Positions 8,963 through 21,314 of a stretch of 64,000 nt of DNA are shown piece after piece (the first letter of the stretch is position 1; each line of letters begins with the position of its first letter). The translations under genes and the position numbers were made by a program. The stretch comes from an uncultured delta proteobacterium. Its GTDB lineage: Bacteria > Myxococcota_A > Polyangia > Haliangiales > Haliangiaceae. The DNA lies in assembly GCA_963848295.1 (NCBI GenBank), contig CAWKDB010000004.1, forward strand, positions 160,001 to 224,000. Reading direction: 5' to 3'. The notes under the pieces were generated by a model. The model did not search any database, had not been told where the DNA came from, and worked only from the letters and a program-made list of their open reading frames with translations.

Positions 8963-10897
8963 ACCCGCCTGCGGCGATCGCCGGGCAACGCGTCGTCAGC
9001 GAGCCCCGGCGGTTGCGCCACGAGCTCGCGTGGTCGATCGAGCTGCCCGATGGCCGGCGCGCGGTGCTCGCCCAGCTCGTGCCCGAGCTCGCCGCCGAGC
9101 CGACTCTGCGCCGGCGCTGGGTCGTCGACATGGAGCGGATCGCCGCGTTGCCGGCAGGGCGGATCGCGGCGACGATCGCGATCGGCCCGCAACCGGATCC
9201 GCGCGCGGTCGATGCCGAGCCGCCGTGGCGGGTCCGGCTCGATCCGCCGGGCCAGACGCTCGACACCGTGCTGCGGCGCGCACCGCTGCCGATCGACGAG
9301 GTGATCGACCTCGGCGCGCGCCTCGCCGACGCGGTGCAGTCGCTCCACGCCGCGGGTGCGATCCTGCGCGACCTCGATCCGCGCAGCATCGTGGTCGGCG
9401 ACGACGGCGAGCTGTGGTTCACCGACGTCGGTCACGCGCGGCTCGCGATCTCTGTCGTCGCGCACGGCGTCGAGCCTCTTGCTCGAGAGCTCGCCGTACA
9501 TCGCCGCCGAAGCGTTGCTCGGCACCGTGATCGATGCGCGCGCCGACGTCTACAGCCTCGGCGTGGTGCTGTGGCGCGCGCTGACCGGCCGCGTGCCGTT
9601 CGAGGCCGCCTTGCTCGCGTCGCGCACCGAGCTGCCGAAGCTCGCGAGCGTGCGCCCCGACGTGCCGGCCGCGCTCGCCGCATTGGTGACGCGGTGCCTC
9701 GCGCACGAGCCCGAGGCGCGTCCGCCCACCGCGCGCGACGTCGCCGAGGCCCTGCGCGGTCGCGGCACCGACGTCGCGCTCGTCGTGACTCGCACGACCT
9801 GCCAGGCGTGCGGTGCGGTGATGCGGGCCGGCCTCCGCCTGTGCCTGACCTGCGGCAAGCAAGCGGTGCGGTTCCATCACACCGCGCCGGGTGACCTCGA
9901 CGGTGTCGCGATCGTGCTCGACAAGGCATCCGACGACGCGAAGTTCGTCGCGACGCTCACCGACTTCTTCGAGACCGTCGGCACCCGCGTGCCGAAGCTC
10001 AACTTCGTCGTCGGCGATCGCCGGATGTACAGCAAGGCCGAGCTCGCGCAGCGCCACGCATTGCCGGCCAAGCTCGTCGCGGATCTCGAGCCCGACACGA
10101 GCGTCGCGCTGGTCAAGCGCCTGCGCGACGCCGGCGTCAAGGTCCGCACGTCGACCCCGCGCGCGGAACGCAAGCGGCGGCGCCGCGTCCTCGGTGCGAA
10201 GGTGGCGGGCGCGCTCAGCACGGTCGGCGGCATCGCGGTGCTCGCGACCGGTGGTCACGCGGTGGTCGCGGCAGGCACGTTGCTGGTCCTCGTCGGTCTG
10301 TTCGCCGTGATGATCGGCGTGATGGGCGGTCGCCGGCTTCGGGGCAACGCGAAGCGCCCGGCGATCGGCGCGTTGCGTGCGGCGCCCGCCGCGTTGCCCG
10401 CGGGCGATGTCCACGTCGCCGCGATCGCGGGGGTGCTCGCCTCGGCAAAGGCCGCCGACGTCCGGCCACGGCTCGAGGAGCTCGCGGTCCTCGTGCAACG
10501 GCTGTGCGACGCCAAGGTCGCGGTCGCCGGTAACGCCGCCGATGCGGCCGAGCTCGAGCACCTCGCCGCGCCGGTCAAGCCGCTCGTCGATCTCGCGCGA
10601 ACGACGGTCGAGGCGATCGACGCGATCGATCATCAGCTCGCGACGCTCGACGAAGGCGCGATGGTGCGTGCGCTCGCGCGGTCCGAGGCCCGCCACGAAG
10701 CGGCGGCGTTGCGCGTCGACCTGCTCGCCGGGCTCGATACGCTGCGCGAGCTCGAGGACCAACGCGCCGTGCTGTTCGGCCGGTTGCTCGAGATCACGTC
10801 GCTCGTCCGCAGCGCGGTCGAGCTCGGGCTCGGTCACGCCGCCGCGGTACGGTCCGACGACCTCGAAGTCGCACACGCGCTCGCGGGCCTCGCGTGA
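8959..10897 (+). CDS. Paralogous membrane pseudokinase (apparent 1-nt insertion near 9450)
   Basis: Frame 8959 gives the N-lobe, LRDLDPRS and TDVG. After about 9450, frame 9356 gives SPYIAAE, ADVYSLG, CQAC...CLTC and 2 TM helices. GTGA overlaps with both neighbours. Confidence 0.8.
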
Positions 10898-11958
10898 CCC
10901 GGTGCTTCGTGATCGGCGACCCGCAAGGGCCGTTCGCGAAGGTGCTCGACGTGCTCGATCGCCACGGCGCGCTCGCCGGCGATCGCTTGGCCGGCGATGT
11001 CGTGCTGGTCTCGATCGGCGACCACTTCGACTACGACCATCGCGACCCGGCGTCCGCGCGGCGCGAGGGCGTGGCGTTGCTGCGCTGGTTGGCGAGCCAC
11101 GATCGAGACCAAGTCGTGCTGCTGTTCGGCAACCACGATGCGGCGCGCGTGATGGAGCTCGCGGCTCTCGACGACGGCGAGTTCGCGCGCGCGCAGCAGC
11201 TCGCCGGCAGCGACGTCGTGCGCTATCGCGCAGAGTTCCCGAGCCTACCGCCGCCGGGAGTCGTCGCGCGCGACTACGCGTCGTTCTCGGTCGAGCAGCG
11301 CGAGCTCGTGCAGGCGTTGCTGTTGTCCGGCCGGTTCCAGCTCGCCGCGACCTGCGAGCTCGACGACGGTCGCGTCGCATTGCTCACGCACGCCGGGGTG
11401 ACGCTCGGCGAGCTGACGCTGCTCGCCCTGACCGAACCGCACGACCCGCGCGCGATCGCTCGTGCGCTGAACGCGCAGCTCGCGCACGAGGTCGACGCCG
11501 TACGCACCGCGTGGCGAGCCGGACGCCCGGTCGCCCTGTCGCTCGAGCCGTGGCACGCCGCCGGCGGCGACGGGCGCGAAGGCGGCGGCTTGCTCTATCA
11601 CCGGCCGAGCAACCCGGCGCGCTACGACGACGCGCGCTACTCCGAGCTGTTCTCGGTGACCCGCGCCCGCCGGTTCGCGCCGCATCAGCTGCCGCGCTCG
11701 CTCGTCCAGGTCTGTGGCCACAGCGGGCACTCGAAGTGTCGCGAAGAGCTGGGTGCGTGGTGCACTCCAGCGGCCACCGCGCGCCAGCATGGCGGATTGC
11801 GCACGTTGCGGGTCGTCGGCGACACCGTGACCTACGACGTCGGCGTGCTCGCCCCGATCACCGATGCGGCCGATCTGATCCTGATCGACGGGGAGCTCCG
11901 CCGGGTGCCCGCGGCCGAGGTCGAGCTGCTGGGCGTCCGCGCCGTGCTCAGCGCTTGA
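10894..11958 (+). CDS. Calcineurin-like metallophosphoesterase
   Basis: GDPQG, GDHFD, GNHD, THAG and GHS motifs. Confidence 0.85.
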   Translation: MTRCFVIGDPQGPFAKVLDVLDRHGALAGDRLAGDVVLVSIGDHFDYDHRDPASARREGVALLRWLASHDRDQVVLLFGNHDAARVMELAALDDGEFARAQQLAGSDVVRYRAEFPSLPPPGVVARDYASFSVEQRELVQALLLSGRFQLAATCELDDGRVALLTHAGVTLGELTLLALTEPHDPRAIARALNAQLAHEVDAVRTAWRAGRPVALSLEPWHAAGGDGREGGGLLYHRPSNPARYDDARYSELFSVTRARRFAPHQLPRSLVQVCGHSGHSKCREELGAWCTPAATARQHGGLRTLRVVGDTVTYDVGVLAPITDAADLILIDGELRRVPAAEVELLGVRAVLSA

Positions 11959-12193
11959 CCACCGCGGCGCCCCAACCGTCGTACGTCGCCGCGTGCTCGG
12001 TCGCGAGCTCCTCGAGGTCGCACGCGAGGTTCGTCAGCTGAAAGATCGCGAGGCTCGCGGGCTTCGACATCGTGAGCGCGCCGGGCTTCGCGTCGCTGCG
12101 GCGGAACCCTTGTTCGGCGAGCACGTGCTCGATCGCGGCGAGGCGATCGGGCTTGCCCCGGAACGCGACCTCGCGCAGCCGCATGTCACCCAT
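11948..12193 (-). CDS. Small protein, RraB-like (C-terminal YDGWG)
   Basis: LEELATEHAATYDGWGA resembles the C-terminus of RraB-family proteins; start uncertain (12193 or 12184). Confidence 0.45.
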   Translation of the reverse strand: MGDMRLREVAFRGKPDRLAAIEHVLAEQGFRRSDAKPGALTMSKPASLAIFQLTNLACDLEELATEHAATYDGWGAAVVKR

Positions 12194-12278
12194 CGCGCAG
12201 GTTGTACCTCGTCGGCACGTAACAACCGTGCGACAGCGTGCTACGCCGAGCATGGGCGTTACGTCGATCAATTTGAAG

Positions 12279-14123
12279 ATGAGGACCATAGCCGCGTTCG
12301 CGTGCGTCGCTGCGCTTGCGGTGCGAGCTCGGGGAGCGCCCGCCGAGGCGAGCGCGCGCGCCGATGCGATCCGGGCCCACGAGGCGGCGCAGGCGGCCGA
12401 CCCCGGGCATTGCGAGGCGCCTGGATGCAGTCCGCAGCTGATCGCCGCATACGAACGAGCGGTCGCCGCGTATGACGCCTATCTCACGAGCTTCGCGAGC
12501 TTGGTGGGTGCGATCCAGCTTCGATTCTCCCGGGCACAGATTCTCTACTTCAAGCTCGGCCGGTACGAGCAAGCGGGCGACGACTACGCGATCGTCGGCA
12601 AGTCGGCCGGCCCGCTGCAGCGCGTTGCGTTGCTCGCCGCGATGGACGCGTTCGATCGTGCGCGCGGCAAGACGCCGAACACCATCGACGCGAAGTTGAC
12701 CGCCGTGGCCGAGGCCTACCTCGCTGCATTCGCAGGCGGACCCGATGCCGATGCGGCGATGTTTCACGTCGCGAAGCTCGCGCTCGATCGTGGCAAGGTC
12801 GGCAAGGCCGTCGATCTGTTCCGCGCCATCGTGACCCGCTATCCTCGCAGCAGGAACGCAGGGCCGGCCGGGGACGCATGGCTCGCTGCGCTCGACGAGA
12901 AGCGCGACTTCGCGGCGCTCGCGGCCACGGCGCGGACGCTGCGTGCGGCGCCCGCGTTCGCAGCCAAGGACCGGCAGGAGCGTCTGACCGGCCTGATCGT
13001 CCAAGCGAGCGAGCGCCAAGCGGCACTCGAGGCCCAGCCCGCGCGCGCGGCCGAGTGGTATCTGGCCGCGGCGGCCGAGCTCACCGGCGATCGCGCCACG
13101 AAAGACGAGATGAATGCCGCGCAGCTGTTCGCGAAGGCGAACGCGCTCGACCGGGCGCTGGACACCTACGTCGCCCTGGCGGCGCGGTTCCCGAGCGATC
13201 CGACCGCGGCTAAGGCGTTGTCCAGCGCTGCCGCGACCGCGGACCAGCTCGCGCAGTTCAGTCGCGCGGCCGAGCTCGCGGAGCAGCTCGCGGACATGTA
13301 CCCGAGGGATCCGTCCGCGCCCGACGCGCTCTTCAACGCGATGATGTGGCGGCGCGCGACCGGAGCACGCGATCGCGCGATCAGCGATGGCGAGCGGTAC
13401 GTTCACCTCGGCACCGGCCGCCGCGACACGGCCGACGTGATGATCGAGATCGCGCGCTGGCACGCGGAGGCGGGCGATCACGCGAAGGCCGAAGCCGAGC
13501 TCGCCGCGGTGGCGCACCAGTTCTCGAGCAGTCGCCAGGCATCGGTCGCTGCGATCGCCGCGGCGCGCGAGGCGATCGAACAGAGCAAGCTCGATGCCGC
13601 GAGCAAGTACCTCGCCGCGGTGACCGCGCCGCCGTTGCGCGGCGAAGCGCGGCTGGTGCAAGGCGAGATCGCCGCGCGCAAAGCCGCCGACCTCCACCTC
13701 GCCGGCCCGATGCCGCGACTCGGAGCCACGCTCGCCGCGAAGATCGCCGCGATGCGCGCCGCGCAGGCGATCTTCGCCGAGGTCGCCAAGGGGAGCGACC
13801 CGGCCCTGGTCGTCGCCGCGCTGGTGCGCAATGCCGCTGTGGCGGAGGGTCTCGCCAAGGAGATCGCCGCGTTCCGGGTGGCGCCGAGCGATCTCGGAGG
13901 CGGTGATCCGAGCGTCGCCGCCGCCGTGGCGAACCTCGTCACCGAGGCGACCACCCTGGACAAGGCCGCCTACGCGAAAGCGCTCGAGCTCGGTGTCTAC
14001 AGCGAAGACACGTTCGCGGCGCGAGCGGCGCTCGTGCGGCTCGGCGCTGCAGCCGCGGATCGCGAAGCGCGGACGAGCGACGATGCGCTGCCGCCGGATC
14101 CGCCGGTGATCGAGCGTCACTGA
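12279..14123 (+). CDS. Secreted tetratricopeptide-repeat protein
   Basis: Signal-peptide-like start; repeated TPR/BamD-like helices (IVTRYPRS, LAARFPSD, LADMYPRD...APDALFNA). Confidence 0.75.
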   Translation: MRTIAAFACVAALAVRARGAPAEASARADAIRAHEAAQAADPGHCEAPGCSPQLIAAYERAVAAYDAYLTSFASLVGAIQLRFSRAQILYFKLGRYEQAGDDYAIVGKSAGPLQRVALLAAMDAFDRARGKTPNTIDAKLTAVAEAYLAAFAGGPDADAAMFHVAKLALDRGKVGKAVDLFRAIVTRYPRSRNAGPAGDAWLAALDEKRDFAALAATARTLRAAPAFAAKDRQERLTGLIVQASERQAALEAQPARAAEWYLAAAAELTGDRATKDEMNAAQLFAKANALDRALDTYVALAARFPSDPTAAKALSSAAATADQLAQFSRAAELAEQLADMYPRDPSAPDALFNAMMWRRATGARDRAISDGERYVHLGTGRRDTADVMIEIARWHAEAGDHAKAEAELAAVAHQFSSSRQASVAAIAAAREAIEQSKLDAASKYLAAVTAPPLRGEARLVQGEIAARKAADLHLAGPMPRLGATLAAKIAAMRAAQAIFAEVAKGSDPALVVAALVRNAAVAEGLAKEIAAFRVAPSDLGGGDPSVAAAVANLVTEATTLDKAAYAKALELGVYSEDTFAARAALVRLGAAAADREARTSDDALPPDPPVIERH

Positions 14124-14146
14124 GACACACATGACACGAGCACGAG

Positions 14147-15769
<1,623 letters not shown>

Positions 15770-15822
15770 CTCTATTCGTTTACCATGGGAAATCTCGGAA
15801 CGGATCTATGCGTTTGCCTGCC

Positions 15823-16464
15823 ATGGTTCGCACCGCCTTCATCATCTTGGCCCTGCTCGCGAGTCGCGCCTACGCCGGGCTTGACTGTGACGATGCGACG
15901 GCGATCAAACAGCTCGAAGCGTTCGCCGCGGACAAGACGAAGGCCGACGCGATGGTGCACGACTACACGTGGATCTGTGTGGACGGGCTCGACCAGCGGT
16001 TCAAGCCGCGGCTCGAGAAGGCGTGCCGCAAGATCCTCGATCGCGACGGCGACGGCAGCGAGTGCGTGACCGCGGTGGCGGCCGTCGGCATCGGCAAGCT
16101 CGGCGACCACGATATCTTCACGCTCGTCACCCAGCTGCCGGAGAATCCGATCGAAGCCTCGGGTGGCATCGGCTACTACAAGGCAGCGCTGCTCGCGCGG
16201 ATCGGCGATCCGCGGGGTGCGCAGGTGCTCGTCGATATCTGGAAGGCGACGATTGCGAAAGCCGATGCCCGCGAGAAGAAGCACTGGGAGATGGCGAGCT
16301 GGAGCGGCTGGCGGCAATACACCGCCGAGGCGCTGGGCAAGCTCGGCGACGCCGACACCAAGACATTTCTCGAAGAGCAGGCCAAGGCGACGAAGGACAC
16401 GCACGTCCGCGACGCCTGCAACGACGCGGCCGCCGCGATCGCGAAGCGGCTCGCGAAGCCATAG
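15823..16464 (+). CDS. Secreted HEAT-repeat-like protein
   Basis: Signal peptide (…SRAYA); AALLARIGDPRG and AEALGKLGDAD repeats. Confidence 0.7.
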   Translation: MVRTAFIILALLASRAYAGLDCDDATAIKQLEAFAADKTKADAMVHDYTWICVDGLDQRFKPRLEKACRKILDRDGDGSECVTAVAAVGIGKLGDHDIFTLVTQLPENPIEASGGIGYYKAALLARIGDPRGAQVLVDIWKATIAKADAREKKHWEMASWSGWRQYTAEALGKLGDADTKTFLEEQAKATKDTHVRDACNDAAAAIAKRLAKP

Positions 16465-16487
16465 AGGTTGCGTGTTATCAACGGCGC

Positions 16488-17780
16488 GTGATCGGCGCCG
16501 CGCCTCCTCGCGACCGCAAGCGTCGGTTCGTCAACTGGGCGCGCACCGTGCGCACGCCGCCGGTGACGTGGCGCGAGCCGACCAGCGAGGACGAGGTCAT
16601 CGCGGCGGTGCGCGAGCGACCGGGCAAGCTGCGGGTCGTCGGCGCCGGGCATTCGTGGTCCGCGATCGCCGCGCCCGAGCAAGTCGCGATGACGCTCGCG
16701 CGACTCGCCGGCGTGCTCGCGGTCGGCGACGGCACGGTCACCGTGCACGGCGGCACGCAGCTCGCCGCGCTCGCCGACGCGCTCGCGGCGCGCGGGCTCG
16801 CGCTGCCGATCGTCGGCTCGATCGCGCAGCAATCGGTCGCCGGCGCGATCGCGACCGGGACGCACGGCTCGAGCCTGGTCCACGGCAACCTCGCGAGCAA
16901 CGTGCGCGGCATGCGCCTCGTCACCGGCACCGGCGACGTGGTCGAGCTCGCGGCCGGCGATCCGCGGCTCGCGGCGGCGCGCGTCCACCTCGGCGCGCTC
17001 GGCGTGATCACGCAGGTGACGCTCGGAGTCGAGCCGGCGTTTCGCCTCGCCGAGACGATCGAGCAAGTCGCGATCGCGGACGTGCCGGCGGCGGTCCAGA
17101 CGATCGCGGCGAGCGCCGAGTACGTGAAGATCTGGTGGCTGCCGCACACGCGAGCGGCGAGCGTGTTTCGCTATGCGCGCACTACCGCAGCGGAGGCGAC
17201 GCCCGGCGCGGCGGCGCGCTGGCTCGACGAACACGTGGTGAATGGCCTCGTGTTCGCGGCGGTGCTCGGCGTCACGCGCCAGCGCCGCGAGTGGATCCCC
17301 GCGATCAACCGCGCGGTAGCGAGGGTCTACTTGAATCGCGCGCAGCGGATCGGTCGCAGCGATCGCATGTTGATGACCGCGATGCCGCCGCGCCACCGCG
17401 AGACCGAGGCGGTCGTGCCGATGGCGCGAGCCGGCGAGGCGATCGCTCGGACGGTCGCGCTGATCGATCGCGAGCGGGTGCGCGTGAACTTCCCGCTCGA
17501 GGTTCGGTTCGTGGGCGGCGACGATGGTTGGCTGTCACCCGCGGCCGGCGGCGACGTGTGCCAGCTCGGCGCGTACATCGGCGAGACCTCCGACACCGAG
17601 CGGTTCTTCGCCGCGTTCTGGCGCGAGCTGCGCGAGCTGCATGCGCGACCACATTGGGGCAAGGAATTCGACCATGCGCCCGCCGAGCTACGCGCGCTGT
17701 ACCCGCGGTGGGATGACTTCGCGGCGCTGCGCCGCGAGCTCGATCCGCGCGGGATGTTCACGCCGCGTTGCCTCGGGTAG
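16488..17780 (+). CDS. FAD-linked aldonolactone oxidase (ALO/GULO family)
   Basis: NWAR, RVVGAGHSWS, GAIATGTHG, LGALGVIT, PLEVRF, RPHWGK. Confidence 0.9.
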   Translation: MIGAAPPRDRKRRFVNWARTVRTPPVTWREPTSEDEVIAAVRERPGKLRVVGAGHSWSAIAAPEQVAMTLARLAGVLAVGDGTVTVHGGTQLAALADALAARGLALPIVGSIAQQSVAGAIATGTHGSSLVHGNLASNVRGMRLVTGTGDVVELAAGDPRLAAARVHLGALGVITQVTLGVEPAFRLAETIEQVAIADVPAAVQTIAASAEYVKIWWLPHTRAASVFRYARTTAAEATPGAAARWLDEHVVNGLVFAAVLGVTRQRREWIPAINRAVARVYLNRAQRIGRSDRMLMTAMPPRHRETEAVVPMARAGEAIARTVALIDRERVRVNFPLEVRFVGGDDGWLSPAAGGDVCQLGAYIGETSDTERFFAAFWRELRELHARPHWGKEFDHAPAELRALYPRWDDFAALRRELDPRGMFTPRCLG

Positions 17781-17878
17781 CGTCGGTCCGCGCTCCGTTC
17801 GGCCTCGAGCCGACTACGCTCCGGTGGTGGTTCAAGCCGGGTGAAGCGCCCATCGCAGCTGTGCTAGATCGAGGAAGC

Positions 17879-18655
17879 ATGGCTTTTCACCTGCACGAGG
17901 TCGTCGGTTATCTCGATGCGACGCTCGAGATCGAGCGGTTTCGCGATTTCGCGCCGAACGGGCTGCAGGTCGAGGGCGTGCTCGAGGTCGAGCGCGTGGT
18001 CACCGGCGTCTCGGCTTCGGCCGAGCTGATCTCGCGCGCGGTCGAGCAGCACGCCGATCTGATCGTCGTGCACCACGGGCTGGTGTGGGGCGGCGGCATC
18101 GTCAAGATCGCCGGGCCGATGGCGCGGCGGCTGAAGCTGTTGCTCGGCAACGACGTGTCGCTCGCGGCGTATCACCTGCCACTCGACAAGCACGCCCGGC
18201 TCGGCAACAACGTCGGGCTCGCCGATGCGCTCGCGCTAGGGCCGGCGCGCGACAGCTTCGGCGACGTTCGCGGCACCGCGCTCGGGCTCGCCGGGTCGTG
18301 GCCGCAGCCGCTGTCGCGCGATGACGCCGTCGGCCGGATCGCAGGCGGGGTGTGCAAAGGCCGCGCGCCGCGGTTCGTGTTTCCGTTCGGGCCGGCGACC
18401 GTGCGCAAGGTCGGGCTGTGCACCGGCGCGGCGTCGGATCTGATCGAGGCGGCGGCGGCTGCCGGATGCGACCTGTTCTTGACGGGCGAGCTCGCGGAGC
18501 GCGCCGGCGATCTCGCGCGAGAGCTGCAGATCACGTTGGTCGCCGCGGGCCACGTCGCGACCGAGGTGTTCGGCCCGATGCGCCTCGCCGACGAGCTGCG
18601 CATGCGGTTCCCCGGCCTCGAAGCGCAGTTCGTCGACATCGCGAGCCCGCTGTGA
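17879..18655 (+). CDS. Nif3-like dinuclear metal-centre protein (YbgI family)
   Basis: PNGLQVEG, VHHG, AYHLPLD, GNN, TGE, AGHVATE. Confidence 0.92.
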   Translation: MAFHLHEVVGYLDATLEIERFRDFAPNGLQVEGVLEVERVVTGVSASAELISRAVEQHADLIVVHHGLVWGGGIVKIAGPMARRLKLLLGNDVSLAAYHLPLDKHARLGNNVGLADALALGPARDSFGDVRGTALGLAGSWPQPLSRDDAVGRIAGGVCKGRAPRFVFPFGPATVRKVGLCTGAASDLIEAAAAAGCDLFLTGELAERAGDLARELQITLVAAGHVATEVFGPMRLADELRMRFPGLEAQFVDIASPL

Positions 18656-19903
18656 CCGCGCCGCCGATCCGCTTGCCTTCGGGGGTGCGCGATTTCTTGC
18701 CGCGCGCCGCCGCCCGCCGGCGGGCGCTCGCCGAGGGCGTGATGACCGTGTTCGAAGCGTGGGGGTTCGCGCGGATCATCACGCCGGTGTTCGAGGTCGC
18801 CGACGTCCTCGAGCGCGGGCTCGGCGCGAGCGCGCGAGCAGATGCGATCCGGTTCGTCGAGCCCGGCACCGGCGAGATCGTCGCGCTCCGGCCCGACATC
18901 ACGCCGCAGATCGCGCGCATCGTCGCGACCCGGATGGCCGACGTGGCCGGGCCGATCCGGCTCTGCTACGAAGGCGCGGTGTTCCGACTCGCCGGCGAGC
19001 TCGGTCAGCGCGAGGTCTTGCAGGCCGGGGTCGAGCTCGTCGGGGCGCCCGCGGCGACCGGCGATGCCGAGCTGATCGCGGTGGCGAGCGCGGCGCTCGC
19101 GGAGCTCGGCCTGGCCGGTGCACGGCTCGATCTCGGCCACGTCATGCCGGCGAACCACGTGCTCGCGGCGGCGCCGGATGCCGACAGTCGCGCTCGGCTC
19201 GCTGCGGCGATCTCGCGCAAGGATCGCGCGGGCGTCCGGATCGCCGCGCGTGCGCTGCCGCCCGCGATCGCGCAGCTCGCGGAGGCGCTCGTCGAGCTGT
19301 GGGGGCCGGCGCGCGCGACGCTGGGCCGCGCGCTCGCGCTGCCCTGGCCAGCCCCGGTGTCGGCGGCGCTGCGCGCGCTCGATGCGACGCTCACCGCGGC
19401 GGCCGCTCATGTCGGCGCGACCGAGCTCGATGCGACGGTCGATCTCGGCGACCTCCACGGCTTCGAGTACTACACGGGCGTGAAGCTCGCCGCGTACGCC
19501 AGCGGCGCGCCCGGTGCGATGCTGCGCGGCGGTCGCTACGACGAGCTGCTCGGCCGCTACGGCAAGCCGGCGGCGAGCGACCGGGTTCGCGATCGATCTC
19601 GAAGCCGCCGCGCAAGCGCAGCGCGCCGCGGGAGTCGCGCCACCTCGAACCGCGCTCGGGGTCGCCGTGGCCGGCGAGCATGCGGTCGCGATCGCGGGTG
19701 CGCTGCGCGCCGCGGGTTTGCGCGCGGTCGTCGAGGTCACGGACCGGTCTCTGGAAGCCCTGCGCGAGGTCGGGCTCGATGCCGCGATCGCGGGCGACAC
19801 GGTGATCACCGCGACCGGCGCGCGCCGGCCGGCGGCGGCTGCGATCGAAGCGGCGCGGGCAGGGGACACCGACCCGCTGATCGCGATACTAAGGATGCCG
19901 TAA
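18652..19903 (+). CDS. hisZ: ATP phosphoribosyltransferase regulatory subunit (apparent frameshift near 19572)
   Basis: LPSGVRDFLP, LRPDITPQIAR, QAGVEL, YYTG, GGRYD; continuation ATGFAIDL lies in another frame and ends at TAA 19901-19903. Confidence 0.88.
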
Positions 19904-21204
19904 TGTCTGTCGTCATCGTCGTCGGCGCACAATGGGGCGATGAAGGCAAAGGCAAGGTCGTCGACCTGTTCACCGAGCGCGCCGATGTCGTCGTGCGCTA
20001 CGGCGGCGGTGCGAACGCCGGCCACACCCTCGTCATCGACGGCGTGAAGCTCGTCACCCACCTCGTGCCGTCCGGCGTCTGCCATCCCGGCAAGAGCTGC
20101 GTGCTCGGCGACGGCATGGTGATCGATCCGCAGACGCTGCTCGAGGAGATCGCCGAGTGCCAAGCGCGCGGCCTGTTGATGCGCGACGAGCTGCTCGTCG
20201 GGCTCGGCGCCCATGTCATCCTGCCGTACCACAAGCTGATCGACGGCCTGCGCGAGGACTACGGCGCGAAGCGCGGGCGCGCGATCGGCACGACTCGACG
20301 CGGCATCGGGCCGGCGTACGAAGCCAAGGCCGGACGGCGCGGCGTGCGGATGCGAGATCTCTTGCGCCCGGAGCGGTTGCGCGCGCTCGTCGCCGCGAAC
20401 CTCGACGAGCTGTCGCCGGTGATCGAGCACCTCGGCGGCAAGCGCCCCGACGCCGCCGAGCTCGCGCGATGGAGCGACGACGCGCTCGCCGCCGGCGACA
20501 AGCTGCGCAAGTACACCGGCGACGCCGGTCGCCACGTCGCGCGCGCGATCGGCGAAGGCCATCACGTGTTGTTCGAGGGCGCGCAGGGCTGCCTGCTCGA
20601 TCTCGATCACGGCACGTATCCGTACGTGACCTCGTCCTCGACGATCGCGGCCGGCGCCTGCCAGAGCGCCGGCATCGGACCGACCCAGATCGACTCGGTC
20701 GTCGGCATCACGAAGGCCTACGCGACGCGCGTCGGCGAGGGCCCGTTCCCGACCGAGCTCCACGGCGAGGTCGGCGAGAAATTGCGCAAGGCGGGCGGCG
20801 AATACGGCGCGACGACCGGCCGGCCGCGGCGCTGTGGCTGGCTCGATCTACCTGCGCTGCGCATGGGCGCGCGGCTGTCCGGCATGCAATCGCTCGCGCT
20901 GACCAAGCTCGACGTGCTCGCCGGCATGCCCGAGATCGCCGTGTGCGTCGCGTACAAGCTCGACGGCAAGGAGCTCGACGAGCCGCCGATCGACCCCGAA
21001 GATCTCGTACGCGCCGAGCCGGTCTACGCCCGGTTGCCCGGCTGGGACAAGCTCCCGGCCGATGCCCACGACGTCACCGACCTGCCCGCGACCGCCCGCG
21101 CGTACGTCGAGACGATCGAGCGGATGGCGGGGGTGCCGTTCTGCTTGGTCTCGGTCGGGCCCGACCGCAGCGAGACGATTCGACTCCACGACCCATTCGC
21201 GTAG
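19903..21204 (+). CDS. purA: Adenylosuccinate synthetase
   Basis: GAQWGDEGKGK, GGANAGHT, GTTRRGIGPAY, EGAQG, TTGRPRRCGW; TAATG coupling to hisZ. Confidence 0.97.
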   Translation: MSVVIVVGAQWGDEGKGKVVDLFTERADVVVRYGGGANAGHTLVIDGVKLVTHLVPSGVCHPGKSCVLGDGMVIDPQTLLEEIAECQARGLLMRDELLVGLGAHVILPYHKLIDGLREDYGAKRGRAIGTTRRGIGPAYEAKAGRRGVRMRDLLRPERLRALVAANLDELSPVIEHLGGKRPDAAELARWSDDALAAGDKLRKYTGDAGRHVARAIGEGHHVLFEGAQGCLLDLDHGTYPYVTSSSTIAAGACQSAGIGPTQIDSVVGITKAYATRVGEGPFPTELHGEVGEKLRKAGGEYGATTGRPRRCGWLDLPALRMGARLSGMQSLALTKLDVLAGMPEIAVCVAYKLDGKELDEPPIDPEDLVRAEPVYARLPGWDKLPADAHDVTDLPATARAYVETIERMAGVPFCLVSVGPDRSETIRLHDPFA

Positions 21205-21314
21205 GCCAGAAACGAGCGAACTGCTCGGACCGTGATACTATTTTTCTCCAAAGCCGAGGGGCACCTGGGGGTCACAGGTCCCAGAGCGCCAACTCGCGCA
21301 CGTAGGAATCGCCC

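Noticed and set aside
12279..14123. Naming the TPR protein as gliding protein GltD/AgmU
   Set aside because: The resemblance is generic TPR similarity; the protein is shorter and has no glt cluster context.
18352..21204. 950-aa apparent HisZ-PurA fusion
   Set aside because: The HisZ C-terminus continues in another frame and stops at TAATG overlapping the purA start. The in-frame bridge is non-homologous, so one indel near 19572 explains it.
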